IMG/VR virus record: IMGVR_UViG_3300013120_000738
Span: 163,726 to 227,725 of that record
Direction: 5' to 3' (one strand)
Length of the DNA: 64,000 nucleotides
Part shown: positions 1 to 8,676 of the stretch, piece after piece
Position numbering within the stretch: position 1 is the first letter of the stretch
How the letters are laid out: each line of letters opens with the position of its first letter
The notes under the pieces: generated by a model
The model's input: the letters and a program-made list of their open reading frames with translations, nothing else
Database searches by the model: none
What the model was told of the DNA's origin: nothing
Translations under genes and position numbers: made by a program

Positions 1-19
1 AGCACCCGGCTCCATCAAG

Positions 20-52
20 GGCGGGTCGCCATCTGGGCGATCCGCCTTTTTT
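20..52 (+). terminator. Intrinsic terminator
   Basis: GGCGGGTCGCC/GGCGATCCGCC stem followed by T6. Confidence 0.75.
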
Positions 53-117
53 CATGCGCCGATATTCCTTTGTCACAGTGAAGTATGGTTCACTGTCTCT
101 ATCTGGAGGAATGCGTT

Positions 118-314
118 ATGCTCACGTCCACCGATGTCAAGGCCGTCCCATTGAACGAGGATGGGTGGCCGGATACAAGACATATGTGCCGGATCTTTGC
201 CGCGTCTGCAGTGCGGCTTTCTACGCTGAGAATGAGCGTAGGTTGCGGGAGATCCCCGATGAGAATCGCGAGTATCAAGCCCAGTATGCTCATGCATGTG
301 GCTATCGCGACTAG
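118..314 (+). pseudogene. Small hypothetical protein, apparently frameshifted
   Basis: GGAGG then ATG118 (MLTSTDVKAVPLNEDGWPDT); a protein-like tail (YVPDLCRVCSAAFYAENE...) continues in the -1 frame to TAG at 314. Confidence 0.45.
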
Positions 315-439
315 TAATTCCCCAATTGGAAATTTTTTGTCACAGTCTCTCTGGGAATTTCCAACTTGGAAATGCGAGTGGGGCCAAGGGTTTCATCGCC
401 CCTTGGCCCCATCCTCGCACGGCGGAGAGACTGTCTCAT

Positions 440-745
440 TTAGCCCCGCATTCGGCATCGATCCGCCATCCAATTGTTTGACGCTGCAGTAGATGTGTTC
501 GACCGTGCCATCGGGGTTTCTGATCGCGATCCGGGGATTTCCTGATTGGAAAACCCTGAAGGTGTGAGTTTGATGCCTTGATGGCCCAATTCTTTGGCCC
601 AATCGCTCAAAGCACGCGGTTGCATGCCTTCTACGGCTCTGGTGGCGGTCTCGACGGTCTCGCCGCGTTGTACGACCAGCTCCAGGACTATCAGCCGTAC
701 AAGTGAACTGTACGTGATGCTGGCGATGAGTGGCTTGTCTGCCAT
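440..745 (-). CDS. Hypothetical protein, 3' part possibly frameshifted or mosaic
   Basis: GGAGG RBS and operator upstream; last 47 nt are identical to 23337-23383. Confidence 0.5.
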   Translation of the reverse strand: MADKPLIASITYSSLVRLIVLELVVQRGETVETATRAVEGMQPRALSDWAKELGHQGIKLTPSGFSNQEIPGSRSETPMARSNTSTAASNNWMADRCRMRG

Positions 746-875
746 GGGGTGAATCCTCCCGGCGATTTCCTAGCAGGAAACGCGTATAAACAGGAGCGGG
801 GTGCCGAGGATGTGGCTGCGAGCCTATGACGCTGCCAGTCGAACCTCGACACCCCGCGAGCGGAGAGACTGATTC

Positions 876-977
876 CTATTGGAGCCACCAGGCTCCCTGC
901 GGGGTCGACGTCAAGATGAACGTGCTGAACGCTGCGGACGCGACCGCGTAGGCCAGTACAACCAAAACAAACCGCAT
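876..977 (-). CDS. 33-aa hydrophobic peptide
   Basis: MRFVLVVLAYAVASAAFSTFIL; downstream of promoter at 1066. Confidence 0.4.
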   Translation of the reverse strand: MRFVLVVLAYAVASAAFSTFILTSTPQGAWWLQ

Positions 978-1101
978 GATCTTTCTCCGCGAAGTGTGTG
1001 AAAAAATGGCCGGGTCGCGACGAGCGACCCGACCGCTCGAAAGGAGATTGACTCGTACACTATCCTGTGACGAACCGATCCACAAGGTGAAATCCGCCAG
1101 A

Positions 1102-1314
1102 TCACCGCATCGAGATGATCTCGCGGACTTGGCCGTACTCCAGGAGTGGTGGCAGCTCGTACGTGCTGCTCGAGGGACGCGGCTGGCAGTGCTGCGTCAG
1201 CTCGTCGTACGATTCCACTCCCAGATAGTAGCGAGCCGCGATGATGCACATTTTGTGCGACCAGTTCGCGTGGACTTCTCGCAGCCGGTGAACCATCTGC
1301 AAAAACGTCTCCAT
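1102..1314 (-). CDS. Hypothetical protein
   Basis: RBS and promoter at 1369. Confidence 0.55.
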   Translation of the reverse strand: METFLQMVHRLREVHANWSHKMCIIAARYYLGVESYDELTQHCQPRPSSSTYELPPLLEYGQVREIISMR

Positions 1315-1569
1315 GTCTCTCCCTCCTCGAAAATAGTCCTCTTGCCGGTTATCTTCCGGCTGTCCGTTTGTGACAGACCGGTCCGAGGAGTGAAACTGGC
1401 TTTGGAGTTCTTGAATGGATATTTTCGGGCTTTGGTCGCATTCAGACCACCGACCGGCAGCGGCCGATTTCACGCGGGGCCACCGGCTTGTCACAGTGGG
1501 GCAGCGGAGAGAGGCGGCGGTGGTCGTCGCCGACCCGCACCACACCACTCTTTTTTCGGAGGTGCAGAC

Positions 1570-1755
1570 ATGCACAAGAAAGCCATCGCAGCCCTGCTCG
1601 AGTCTCTGGTCAAGCGCGTCGTCGCCAAGGCGAACGAGGCGGAGTGCGGCGACGAGCCCGCACTCGAGGAGGCGGAAGCCCGCACTCTCGTGGGGATCTG
1701 GCTCCGCAAGAACGCGGGGAAGGTCGTGAACGAGATCTGCGACGTCGAGGACTGA
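1570..1755 (+). CDS. Small protein MHKKAI..., paralog A
   Basis: GGAGG RBS, promoter 1489; paralog at 4961-5155. Confidence 0.8.
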   Translation: MHKKAIAALLESLVKRVVAKANEAECGDEPALEEAEARTLVGIWLRKNAGKVVNEICDVED

Positions 1756-1836
1756 TTTCACGCGAGTGATCGGTCTGTCACATGGCGTTGGGAGCACGGG
1801 GCTCCCAACGCTCCTTTTGTCTTTGGAGAGACTCAC

Positions 1837-2109
1837 ATGTCGTACGAACCCGACACAAGCCACTTGTCGCACGAGTGGCTCGGCATCGACCAGAAGGCGG
1901 CCGACGAAGGCGAAGCTGAAAAGCGATCCTTCCGATCCGTCACGAAGGTCGGCGAGCGGTACAAGAAACCGCGTGGCAAAAATGGCCGCACCCCGGCAGC
2001 ACGGGCCAAGGCCGAAAAGAAAGAGGCGAAGCTCTCGAAAGAGGCGGAAGCCCTCGCGAGAGAGGCACGGCTCCGCAAGATGATCAACCGCATCTTGTCG
2101 AGCGACTAG
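1837..2109 (+). CDS. Basic hypothetical protein
   Basis: Promoter 1776, leader hairpin, RBS. Confidence 0.7.
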   Translation: MSYEPDTSHLSHEWLGIDQKAADEGEAEKRSFRSVTKVGERYKKPRGKNGRTPAARAKAEKKEAKLSKEAEALAREARLRKMINRILSSD

Positions 2110-2509
2110 GTCTCTCCTCACACCGAGCAGGCCGCTTGGGGTCATCCCTGGGCGGCCTGCTCACTTATGCGCGTCCATTTCCACACAGGAAACGCCCCAA
2201 ATGTGCTACAGGACATAAGTTTCTTGCTGGGCCATATCGAAGAGTTCTTGGCGGTTCTCCAGCTGAATGTGTTGTTCCGAAAATGTTTGAGCGAACCCAG
2301 AACATATCTAGATGTGTTCCTCGAAGGAGCCTAAATCTTCTGTCTGACGCATTCAGAATCTTCAGATATATCCATTCTAGAGGAGAATTTTCCTTGAGTG
2401 GGCATATCTGGCGGTTCTGAACGTGCTTTCACGCTTGTATGGCCGTCTGTAACAGTATTGAAAGGGGAGGACAGGCCTTCCCGCAATTTCCAACCAGGAA
2501 AGGAGTGCT

Positions 2510-2812
2510 ATGAAAAAGCGAATAGTGGAGGTGCTGGCGTGGGACGAGATAAGTATGGTTCACTGTCTCTATCTGGATGCATGCGACGCCAGAATCGTGA
2601 ACGAGGACGACGAAGGCGAGCTGGCTCTGGAGATCAACGCGGATGATGCCACCATCGAGGCCTTCCTGCGGCGTCTCTGGCACGACGACGAGGACGAGCC
2701 GGGCTGGACAGTGGCCAAGATATCTCGCGGAGAGGCCACGATCACCGTAGAGTGGCGGAGCGACCGCAACCACCTCGCCGTGAACACGCTGATGTTTGGG
2801 CCGTACGCCTAG
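2510..2812 (+). CDS. Hypothetical protein
   Basis: Promoter 2448, hairpin, operator 2487 abutting AGGAG RBS. Confidence 0.75.
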   Translation: MKKRIVEVLAWDEISMVHCLYLDACDARIVNEDDEGELALEINADDATIEAFLRRLWHDDEDEPGWTVAKISRGEATITVEWRSDRNHLAVNTLMFGPYA

Positions 2813-2954
2813 AAGTCTCGAATATGCCCACCCAAAAGAATTTATTTCTGTGGGTGGGCTTCTTTGTGGATTTCGGGCGTGCTTTCACGTCCGTCTAGTC
2901 GTCTGTCACACCAGAGGAGTAATCCCCTGAATTTCCAACCAGGAAAGGACGAAC

Positions 2955-3230
2955 ATGAAGACATGGCAGACTGGACAAAGAGTCCGAATCCGTTGCACTG
3001 ATCGCGGCAAAGTAATAGCCCGCGACGAGGATCCCGTTTACTTGATCTGTGGGACTCACTCAACTCGAGGAATGTGGTTGAGCGTCGAGGATGACACATA
3101 TGACGGCTACACGGCCGACGTAATCGTCCACGACGACACAAGCGGCGACGCAGACGACCCCACGTACCGCGTCGTACTGCAGGACAGCCGAGGTTCTCTG
3201 AGCCCCCGCGTCGTTCTGGTCGCGGCTTAA
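2955..3230 (+). CDS. Hypothetical protein (possibly SH3/KOW-like beta protein)
   Basis: Promoter 2904, operator 2932; WQTGQRVRI start. Confidence 0.7.
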   Translation: MKTWQTGQRVRIRCTDRGKVIARDEDPVYLICGTHSTRGMWLSVEDDTYDGYTADVIVHDDTSGDADDPTYRVVLQDSRGSLSPRVVLVAA

Positions 3231-3310
3231 CGCACACACTACCGTTTGTCACACCAGGAGAGAGGGGAGGAAAGACCTCCCCGAATTTCCAACCAGGAAA
3301 GGAATAGCCA

Positions 3311-3652
3311 ATGGCGGAGACAAAATCACTGGAGCTCCCAATCGAGGACTCGTACGTCCCAAGTGCTGGAGAGCTCAACAACTTCGTGTACTTGGTCTGC
3401 AAGTACACAGTCAACTGGGGCATGCGGGCCTGTGACCTGCAAGTCTGTCTGATGATGGCTGGCGGAGCCGAAGAGATCAAAGGCAATGCAGGACTCACCA
3501 AGCTCTGTGAAGTGACCTGCGAGTACTTGTGGGATCACGTCTGCGGTGAGCCCGAGGAACCGACCACCGACCAACTCTTCGACCACATCAAAGAGGGCCT
3601 GCAGGCCTGGTACAAGAACAGCACGCCAGAAGAAAGGGCCGCAACCGAATAA
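3311..3652 (+). CDS. Hypothetical protein
   Basis: Promoter 3247, operator 3286. Confidence 0.75.
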   Translation: MAETKSLELPIEDSYVPSAGELNNFVYLVCKYTVNWGMRACDLQVCLMMAGGAEEIKGNAGLTKLCEVTCEYLWDHVCGEPEEPTTDQLFDHIKEGLQAWYKNSTPEERAATE

Positions 3653-3737
3653 ACGCGGCCGATATTGCTTGTCACACGTCCTTGGGGCGGGGATTATCCT
3701 CGTCCCAAGGATTTCCAAGCAGGAAAGCGAGAGACAG

Positions 3738-3917
3738 ATGATCTTTGTGATCCGAGACAACACCAACGCATGCTTGCTGACCGGCACGCGTGTCGTCGAA
3801 GCCGACGACGAACGAACAGCATGGGAGCACGTCGCCAAATCCTGGCCATTGCCCCCATACAACCAGAGAGACGACTGCGAGTATCAAATTGTCCCCCAAC
3901 CAGTGGAGAAGGCATGA
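3738..3917 (+). CDS. Hypothetical protein
   Basis: Promoter 3670, operator 3712. Confidence 0.65.
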   Translation: MIFVIRDNTNACLLTGTRVVEADDERTAWEHVAKSWPLPPYNQRDDCEYQIVPQPVEKA

Positions 3918-4132
3918 AAGCTGAAACACGACCAGGAATCATTACCAGCAGCCCAGATGACGCCGATTGCTTCGATTGGCTCAGTGATGGCTGGTATCAA
4001 ATATCTATCCGGCACACACCGGAAGCTCAAGCACTCATGGCGAAAGCCAAGAGCTGCATCGAAGATGGCGAGGACGTACCAGACGTGATCAGAAGACTGG
4101 AAGAGGCTGGCTTCGTCGTCTCCCGCCAATAG
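3914..4132 (+). CDS. Hypothetical protein
   Basis: ATGA-coupled to the previous gene. Confidence 0.7.
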   Translation: MKAETRPGIITSSPDDADCFDWLSDGWYQISIRHTPEAQALMAKAKSCIEDGEDVPDVIRRLEEAGFVVSRQ

Positions 4133-4162
4133 TCCCCTAGATTTCCCAGCAGGAAACGCATT

Positions 4163-4186
4163 GAGCCCCGGCTGCCGCCGGGGCTC
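4163..4186. terminator. Hairpin between convergent genes
   Basis: GAGCCCCGG/CCGGGGCTC. Confidence 0.6.
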
Positions 4187-4196
4187 TTCAAATGCG

Positions 4197-4907
4197 CTAT
4201 TCGCCGCAGTAAGCTTTGGCGGCGTCGAAGGCCTCTTCTTCGGATTTGGGTTCGCGATTGAATACCACGAAGAGACGATGATTGGGTATTGGAGAATCTG
4301 GCCACGCACCCCAATAGCGGCAGACTCCCTCGTCGTACTGCGGCACCGAGTCCGCGTCGTGAACGTCCTCGGAGCAGATCGAGGCCATTACCTGGAGCTC
4401 CCCATCGGGGTTCGTCGTCAAGTCGACGATGTACGGTCCAAGGAGGTCTTCCTTGTCGAAGCCGTCTCTCAGAGCGTGTTCATCCAACGTCGCGTTGTCC
4501 ACGATGTGGCCAGCAAAGATGTGTTGTTTCTCAGGCCAGCCGTAGACCGACGTGTTGCTCGTGGAGGTAATCACATCCGTCAGATAGTTGTGGCCTTCCT
4601 CCAAACGAACATGACAGGGAGTGTCAAGAGACCAAAGAAGCTCGGAGAATTCCTGGGATTCTTCTACACTGAGCCGATTGCCCTTGAATATCGGGTACCC
4701 CAGCTCGTCAAATCCTCTCGAGATCATATACTGGAGGTCTTGAGCTTTGGGTTGGCCTGCCCAGATTTCTTTGGTGCTGATGATGCGTCCGTCGTCGAGT
4801 TCGATGGCTTGCAGCTGTGCTCGGCAGGTTGTGCCGTCGTATTTGCAGTTCTCGTAGACGCGGAGATAGAGTTTGGTCGCTTTCAAGTGCTTTCTCCTTA
4901 TGCACAT
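4197..4907 (-). CDS. Hypothetical protein (~236 aa)
   Basis: Long ORF with protein-like composition. Confidence 0.7.
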   Translation of the reverse strand: MCIRRKHLKATKLYLRVYENCKYDGTTCRAQLQAIELDDGRIISTKEIWAGQPKAQDLQYMISRGFDELGYPIFKGNRLSVEESQEFSELLWSLDTPCHVRLEEGHNYLTDVITSTSNTSVYGWPEKQHIFAGHIVDNATLDEHALRDGFDKEDLLGPYIVDLTTNPDGELQVMASICSEDVHDADSVPQYDEGVCRYWGAWPDSPIPNHRLFVVFNREPKSEEEAFDAAKAYCGE

Positions 4908-4960
4908 GCCGAAGGGGGCGGCCCTCTCGGACCGCCCCCCGTTCGCACACACCACGCGGA

Positions 4961-5155
4961 CTAGCTCTCGTCGACGTCCTCGACGCCGCACACGGAGTCA
5001 ACGATGGTTCCGGCGTTCTTGCGGAGGTAGATGCCCACGAGCGTGCGGGCTTCGGCTTCCTCCAACGCGGGCTCTTCGCTCTCGGCCTCGTTGGCCTTCG
5101 CCACGACGCGCTTCACAATGCTGTCCACCAAATTCGCGATTGCCTTCTTGTGCAT
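4961..5155 (-). CDS. Small protein MHKKAI..., paralog B
   Basis: KRVVAKANEAE..EPALEEAEARTLVGI.LRKNAG shared with 1570-1755; promoter 5223. Confidence 0.8.
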   Translation of the reverse strand: MHKKAIANLVDSIVKRVVAKANEAESEEPALEEAEARTLVGIYLRKNAGTIVDSVCGVEDVDES

Positions 5156-5244
5156 GTCTGCACTCCTCTGAAAAAGCGTTGCGTGTGTGTGGGTCGCCAA
5201 CGCTGGCTCCCCTCTACTCCACTGTGACAAGCCGCCACCGGGAG

Positions 5245-5442
5245 TTAAATCGACGATCGCCGCCTTCGCAGCATTTGAAGGGCCGTATACTGCTGTGTGT
5301 CCTCTTCCGACGCGGCTTGTGACTTCTCCAAGCGTCCGCCACATCGAGGACATCGCGGCTGTGCAGCCCTTCTCCATTCCTTGTGCAAGACTTTGGACTT
5401 GCGTCCACAATCGGCACAAAAACCATAGGTCCAACTTGCCAT
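5245..5442 (-). CDS. Zinc-ribbon protein
   Basis: CADC...CPRC; promoter 5484. Confidence 0.65.
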   Translation of the reverse strand: MASWTYGFCADCGRKSKVLHKEWRRAAQPRCPRCGGRLEKSQAASEEDTQQYTALQMLRRRRSSI

Positions 5443-5505
5443 TGCTAAGACTCCAGATATTGGGGGTATTTCTCATGCCTTTCTGTGACAGACCACCCGC
5501 TGGGG

Positions 5506-5853
5506 TTAACTCTCCGCGATGATACTTTGCACGAGTTCTTTGAGTTCACGCGGCTTCATCGTCTGCAACAAGTACTCGGCTTGATCGCTGATCCCAGCGT
5601 TGTTGATGCTCGCAGCTTCGGCACCCTTCGCATCGTGGACGTGCTCATCGAGTAAGTTTTGGTCGTCGGCATCCTCGACGATTGCCGCGATCTCCTCGAT
5701 TGTTTGGGGATCCGGCCGATCCAGGCGATCAGGGATCTCTACCATCTCCACTAGACCCTCATCAGGACTCAATGCGTCGCCGATGTTGCCGGGATACGCG
5801 GTTTCGTCAGAGATAACGCCGACTAGGCGTCCGTCGTAGTATAGTGCGTACAT
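5506..5853 (-). CDS. Acidic hypothetical protein
   Basis: AGGAGG RBS; promoter 5874. Confidence 0.7.
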   Translation of the reverse strand: MYALYYDGRLVGVISDETAYPGNIGDALSPDEGLVEMVEIPDRLDRPDPQTIEEIAAIVEDADDQNLLDEHVHDAKGAEAASINNAGISDQAEYLLQTMKPRELKELVQSIIAES

Positions 5854-5888
5854 TTTGCTTCCTCCTACCGGTCTGTGACAGATCGACC

Positions 5889-6095
5889 CTAGCGGTGAAT
5901 ACGATCCTCTCGCCAAATGATCACCCAAGACTCCTTTCGGTCATGCGAGACCTTCGGTGGATCCCTTTTAGCCACGGATATAATTCCCTTCGCTGGGATC
6001 TCATTGTCCTTTATAGCGTTCCGCAGATGCTTCTCGAATTCGGCTTCTGGCAGGACATAGAATTCCACCGAGTGGATATCAAGATGGTCATTCAT
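5889..6095 (-). CDS. Hypothetical protein
   Basis: ORF in operon. Confidence 0.6.
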   Translation of the reverse strand: MNDHLDIHSVEFYVLPEAEFEKHLRNAIKDNEIPAKGIISVAKRDPPKVSHDRKESWVIIWREDRIHR

Positions 6096-6098
6096 GGC

Positions 6099-6296
6099 TT
6101 ACTCCGCGATCTGGCGAGCCCGTGTTTCACACGCGGCCTCATAAATGCGTTGGTAGAATAATTGTACTTCCGGATCAGAAGACTGTTCGAGGGTTTTGGC
6201 CTTCTCCATTGCACACGCACCGTGCGTGATCTCGGGGTTGCCGACGATCTGGCTTGTGTCGCCTACAGGTTCACGGCACACGCTGCATACACGCAC
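6099..6296 (-). CDS. Hypothetical CxxC protein
   Basis: GTG start; AAGGAGG RBS lies inside the operator at 6301. Confidence 0.6.
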   Translation of the reverse strand: MRVCSVCREPVGDTSQIVGNPEITHGACAMEKAKTLEQSSDPEVQLFYQRIYEAACETRARQIAE

Positions 6297-6334
6297 GCGA
6301 TTTCCTCCTTGGAATATGGCCCACCACAATAATA

Positions 6335-6592
6335 CTACCCACCCGCGTGCTCGCACGCGTCCGCGATTTCCTCCCTGGAAATCCGATAGATCAAATGTGT
6401 GCCACAATCCTCAGTGAATTGAATAGTCTCGTCCTCTTGCAGACCCACGGCCAAGGCAATCCCATAGATCACTTGGGACTCGTCCAACATGGGGCAAGCA
6501 CCGATTTGAATGAGCTTCCGGCCATCATCACATCGATATATGGGGAATTGCCCATTCTCTTCTTGCTTGCTAACGTAAATCAGTAATGCCAT
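6335..6592 (-). CDS. Hypothetical protein
   Basis: ORF in operon; contains operator 6367. Confidence 0.6.
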   Translation of the reverse strand: MALLIYVSKQEENGQFPIYRCDDGRKLIQIGACPMLDESQVIYGIALAVGLQEDETIQFTEDCGTHLIYRISREEIADACEHAGG

Positions 6593-6744
6593 TTGTCGTC
6601 TTCCGTTTCGTCGTCAACCTGGAGCTCGGCGTTATCCGCCGGAAAGTCTCCGTTCCGTGTCACGTCCTCGATCGTGTGTTCAACGGCAGCACGCGGTGCA
6701 TCCGTGAACGTCAAAACGACTGTGTAGTCTCCGCCCTTCGGCAT
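6580..6744 (-). CDS. 54-aa hypothetical protein (MPKGGDYTVV...)
   Basis: Read by hand; below the ORF-track cutoff; fills the operon gap. Confidence 0.55.
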   Translation of the reverse strand: MPKGGDYTVVLTFTDAPRAAVEHTIEDVTRNGDFPADNAELQVDDETEDDKWHY

Positions 6745-6747
6745 TTC

Positions 6748-7017
6748 TCATTCCTTCTTCCAGAGGCCATCATCGCCTTGTACCCAGCCATGCCCGACGC
6801 TCGGACGCGGCCACAGTGTTTTAATCGTGAACTCAGTCCGCCAAAGATACCCAACTCTCGTCGGGCGTGTGTCGGACCGTGTAGAGATGCGAAAGCCCTC
6901 GTCTTCGCCTTTGCAGCCGTGAGCGTAAGCGTGTCTGTCGCCCTCGACGATGTACAGATTGCTGGTGGCTCCGAGAGCTTTGGCACGGCTGACGCTTGCT
7001 TCTACTGCGTTTCTCAC
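6748..7017 (-). CDS. Hypothetical protein
   Basis: GTAGGAG RBS in a duplicated leader. Confidence 0.6.
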   Translation of the reverse strand: MRNAVEASVSRAKALGATSNLYIVEGDRHAYAHGCKGEDEGFRISTRSDTRPTRVGYLWRTEFTIKTLWPRPSVGHGWVQGDDGLWKKE

Positions 7018-7059
7018 GTGTTTCTCCTACGCTGTGGTGGTCGGGGAACTCGCCCCCGT

Positions 7060-7263
7060 TCACCATTTCTTAAAGACGTATGGCTTCCCGACCTCGTCCC
7101 CATCGAGTTCATCGGGATCACAATCCGAAAGATCTTCCTCCGCTGTCAGTTCAAGGTCGAACTTTTCAGCAGTACAAAGATCACCATCGATGAGCAAAAC
7201 CTTAGCATCCTCGGCTGGCGGCAAATTCGCAAAATACGTAGCTGCTTCTGCGTTCGTCATCAT
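7060..7263 (-). CDS. Acidic hypothetical protein
   Basis: Same duplicated leader and RBS. Confidence 0.6.
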   Translation of the reverse strand: MMTNAEAATYFANLPPAEDAKVLLIDGDLCTAEKFDLELTAEEDLSDCDPDELDGDEVGKPYVFKKW

Positions 7264-7325
7264 TTTCTCCTACGTTGTGGGGGCCGGGGAACTCGCCCCG
7301 GCCCCCGTCCGGCACCCCCAGGTCT

Positions 7326-7802
7326 TTACAGCCCTTCTGGATGCAAACTGTCTTTCAATGGCTCGCAGAATTCCGTACGGATCTCCATGAGGATTTTGCC
7401 GAGGTGGTTTTGGCCCTTGACGTGGCTGCATCCCTCGCAAGAGCAGACTCCCCAGAAGTCGTCGTGCCAGTTGTTGCCCTCGACAAGCTCCGCGTCCTCC
7501 GTCTGTGCCAGACGCTCCCAGAGATCCGGATTCCGCTTGAATTTGTCGCGGATGATCTCCCGCATGACGTCGATTTTGATGGCGTCCCACTCAGGACGCA
7601 AGGTGACGCGGCGGCCTGCCCGTTTGGCTTGGCCGGGCGTCGAGCAATCCTGGATGCCGTGTCGCTCTTCGATGTCCGTGGTCTTGGCCGCTTGAAATGC
7701 GTGCTCGCTCGAACTGAAGATCATGCCCTCGAAATGGACTTCGCACGGGTGGAAGTTGCTCAAGAATTTGTTGCTGCCCTTGAAGCTTTTGATGGCTTCC
7801 AT
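7326..7802 (-). CDS. NADAR (YbiA/DUF1768) family protein
   Basis: FLSNFHPC, SSEHAFQAAK, AKRAGR, W..IK..VM, LVEGNNWHDDFWG, GQNHLGKILM. Confidence 0.92.
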   Translation of the reverse strand: MEAIKSFKGSNKFLSNFHPCEVHFEGMIFSSSEHAFQAAKTTDIEERHGIQDCSTPGQAKRAGRRVTLRPEWDAIKIDVMREIIRDKFKRNPDLWERLAQTEDAELVEGNNWHDDFWGVCSCEGCSHVKGQNHLGKILMEIRTEFCEPLKDSLHPEGL

Positions 7803-7880
7803 TCGTCTCTCCTTTGCCTGGGGGTTCTGGGGACGCGAACCGTCCCCTTCACCCCACTGTGACAAACGTCGGCCTCCGAG

Positions 7881-8204
7881 TTAAACCCTGCAGGTCATTT
7901 GCCTCTTCAGTTCACGACCCCGCTCAGGTGTGCAAAAACCACCGTCCTTGAGTTGCCGCTGGAGGATTGCCGCCTCCCGCGTCGGCATCGGAATACTCAC
8001 GAATACTGGTCGACTATCGGTCCAAATGACGAGGCAAACTTCCTCATTGCACTTCGGACATTCTTTTGGCGGCGTCCCAGCCGTCCAATGAACGGTAAGA
8101 GTTTTATGCTCGTTGTAGAGCTGGTCACACTGGTTACAAAACCACCGACCGCCAGGCATAGTGTGGATCACTGGGGGAGCCTCCGATAAAAACTCCCTAA
8201 TCAA
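7881..8204 (-). CDS. Zinc-finger hypothetical protein
   Basis: CNQC...CPKC. Confidence 0.55.
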   Translation of the reverse strand: MIREFLSEAPPVIHTMPGGRWFCNQCDQLYNEHKTLTVHWTAGTPPKECPKCNEEVCLVIWTDSRPVFVSIPMPTREAAILQRQLKDGGFCTPERGRELKRQMTCRV

Positions 8205-8213
8205 AGATAAAGT

Positions 8214-8612
8214 ATGACTACCAAAATTTGTAGCCGTTGTAATACCTTAACTCCAATCGAGGAATTCCCATTAAAGTACAACAAAAATCATCCTACTGCT
8301 AGAAAATCACACTGTAAAACATGTGAATACAAACGAATTAGAGAAAAACACCAAAAGCACAAAGCAGAGTTTAAAAAACGTGCTATTGAGTACTTGGGTG
8401 GTAAATGCTCTAATCCGTCATGCCCAATTTCTTCGCTCAACCTTCCAATTGAGATTCTTGACTTTCACCACAAAGGCGATAAAGATTCTTGTATCTCAAC
8501 ATTACTTAGCAAAAACACAACATGGACAACCATCAAAAAAGAATTAGATAAATGCGTCTTGTTATGTGTTCTATGCCATCGCCTTGAGCATTTAAAAGTC
8601 GGGCGGGTCTAA
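8214..8612 (+). mobile_element. HNH homing-type endonuclease
   Basis: N-terminal CxxC; YLGGKC, DFHH, CVLLCVLCHRLEH; AT-rich and antisense to neighbours. Confidence 0.85.
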
Positions 8613-8676
8613 GGGTGACATCCCCTTAGACCCTTTTTGTCTCCTGCACACAGAAACAAAACCCGACTCGGAGAGA

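Noticed and set aside
2190-2424. Stop-free minus-strand frame (LKENSPLEWIYLKIL...QQETYVL)
   Set aside because: No start codon or RBS in frame except a late ATG; could be a decayed gene or chance
2487-4156. Regularly spaced repeats resembling a CRISPR array
   Set aside because: Repeats are 15-bp palindromes 350-450 bp apart with genes between them; no cas genes
1570-5155. Recombinase-driven inversion switch
   Set aside because: No site-specific recombinase in the window and the flanking copies have diverged; kept only as a weak hypothesis
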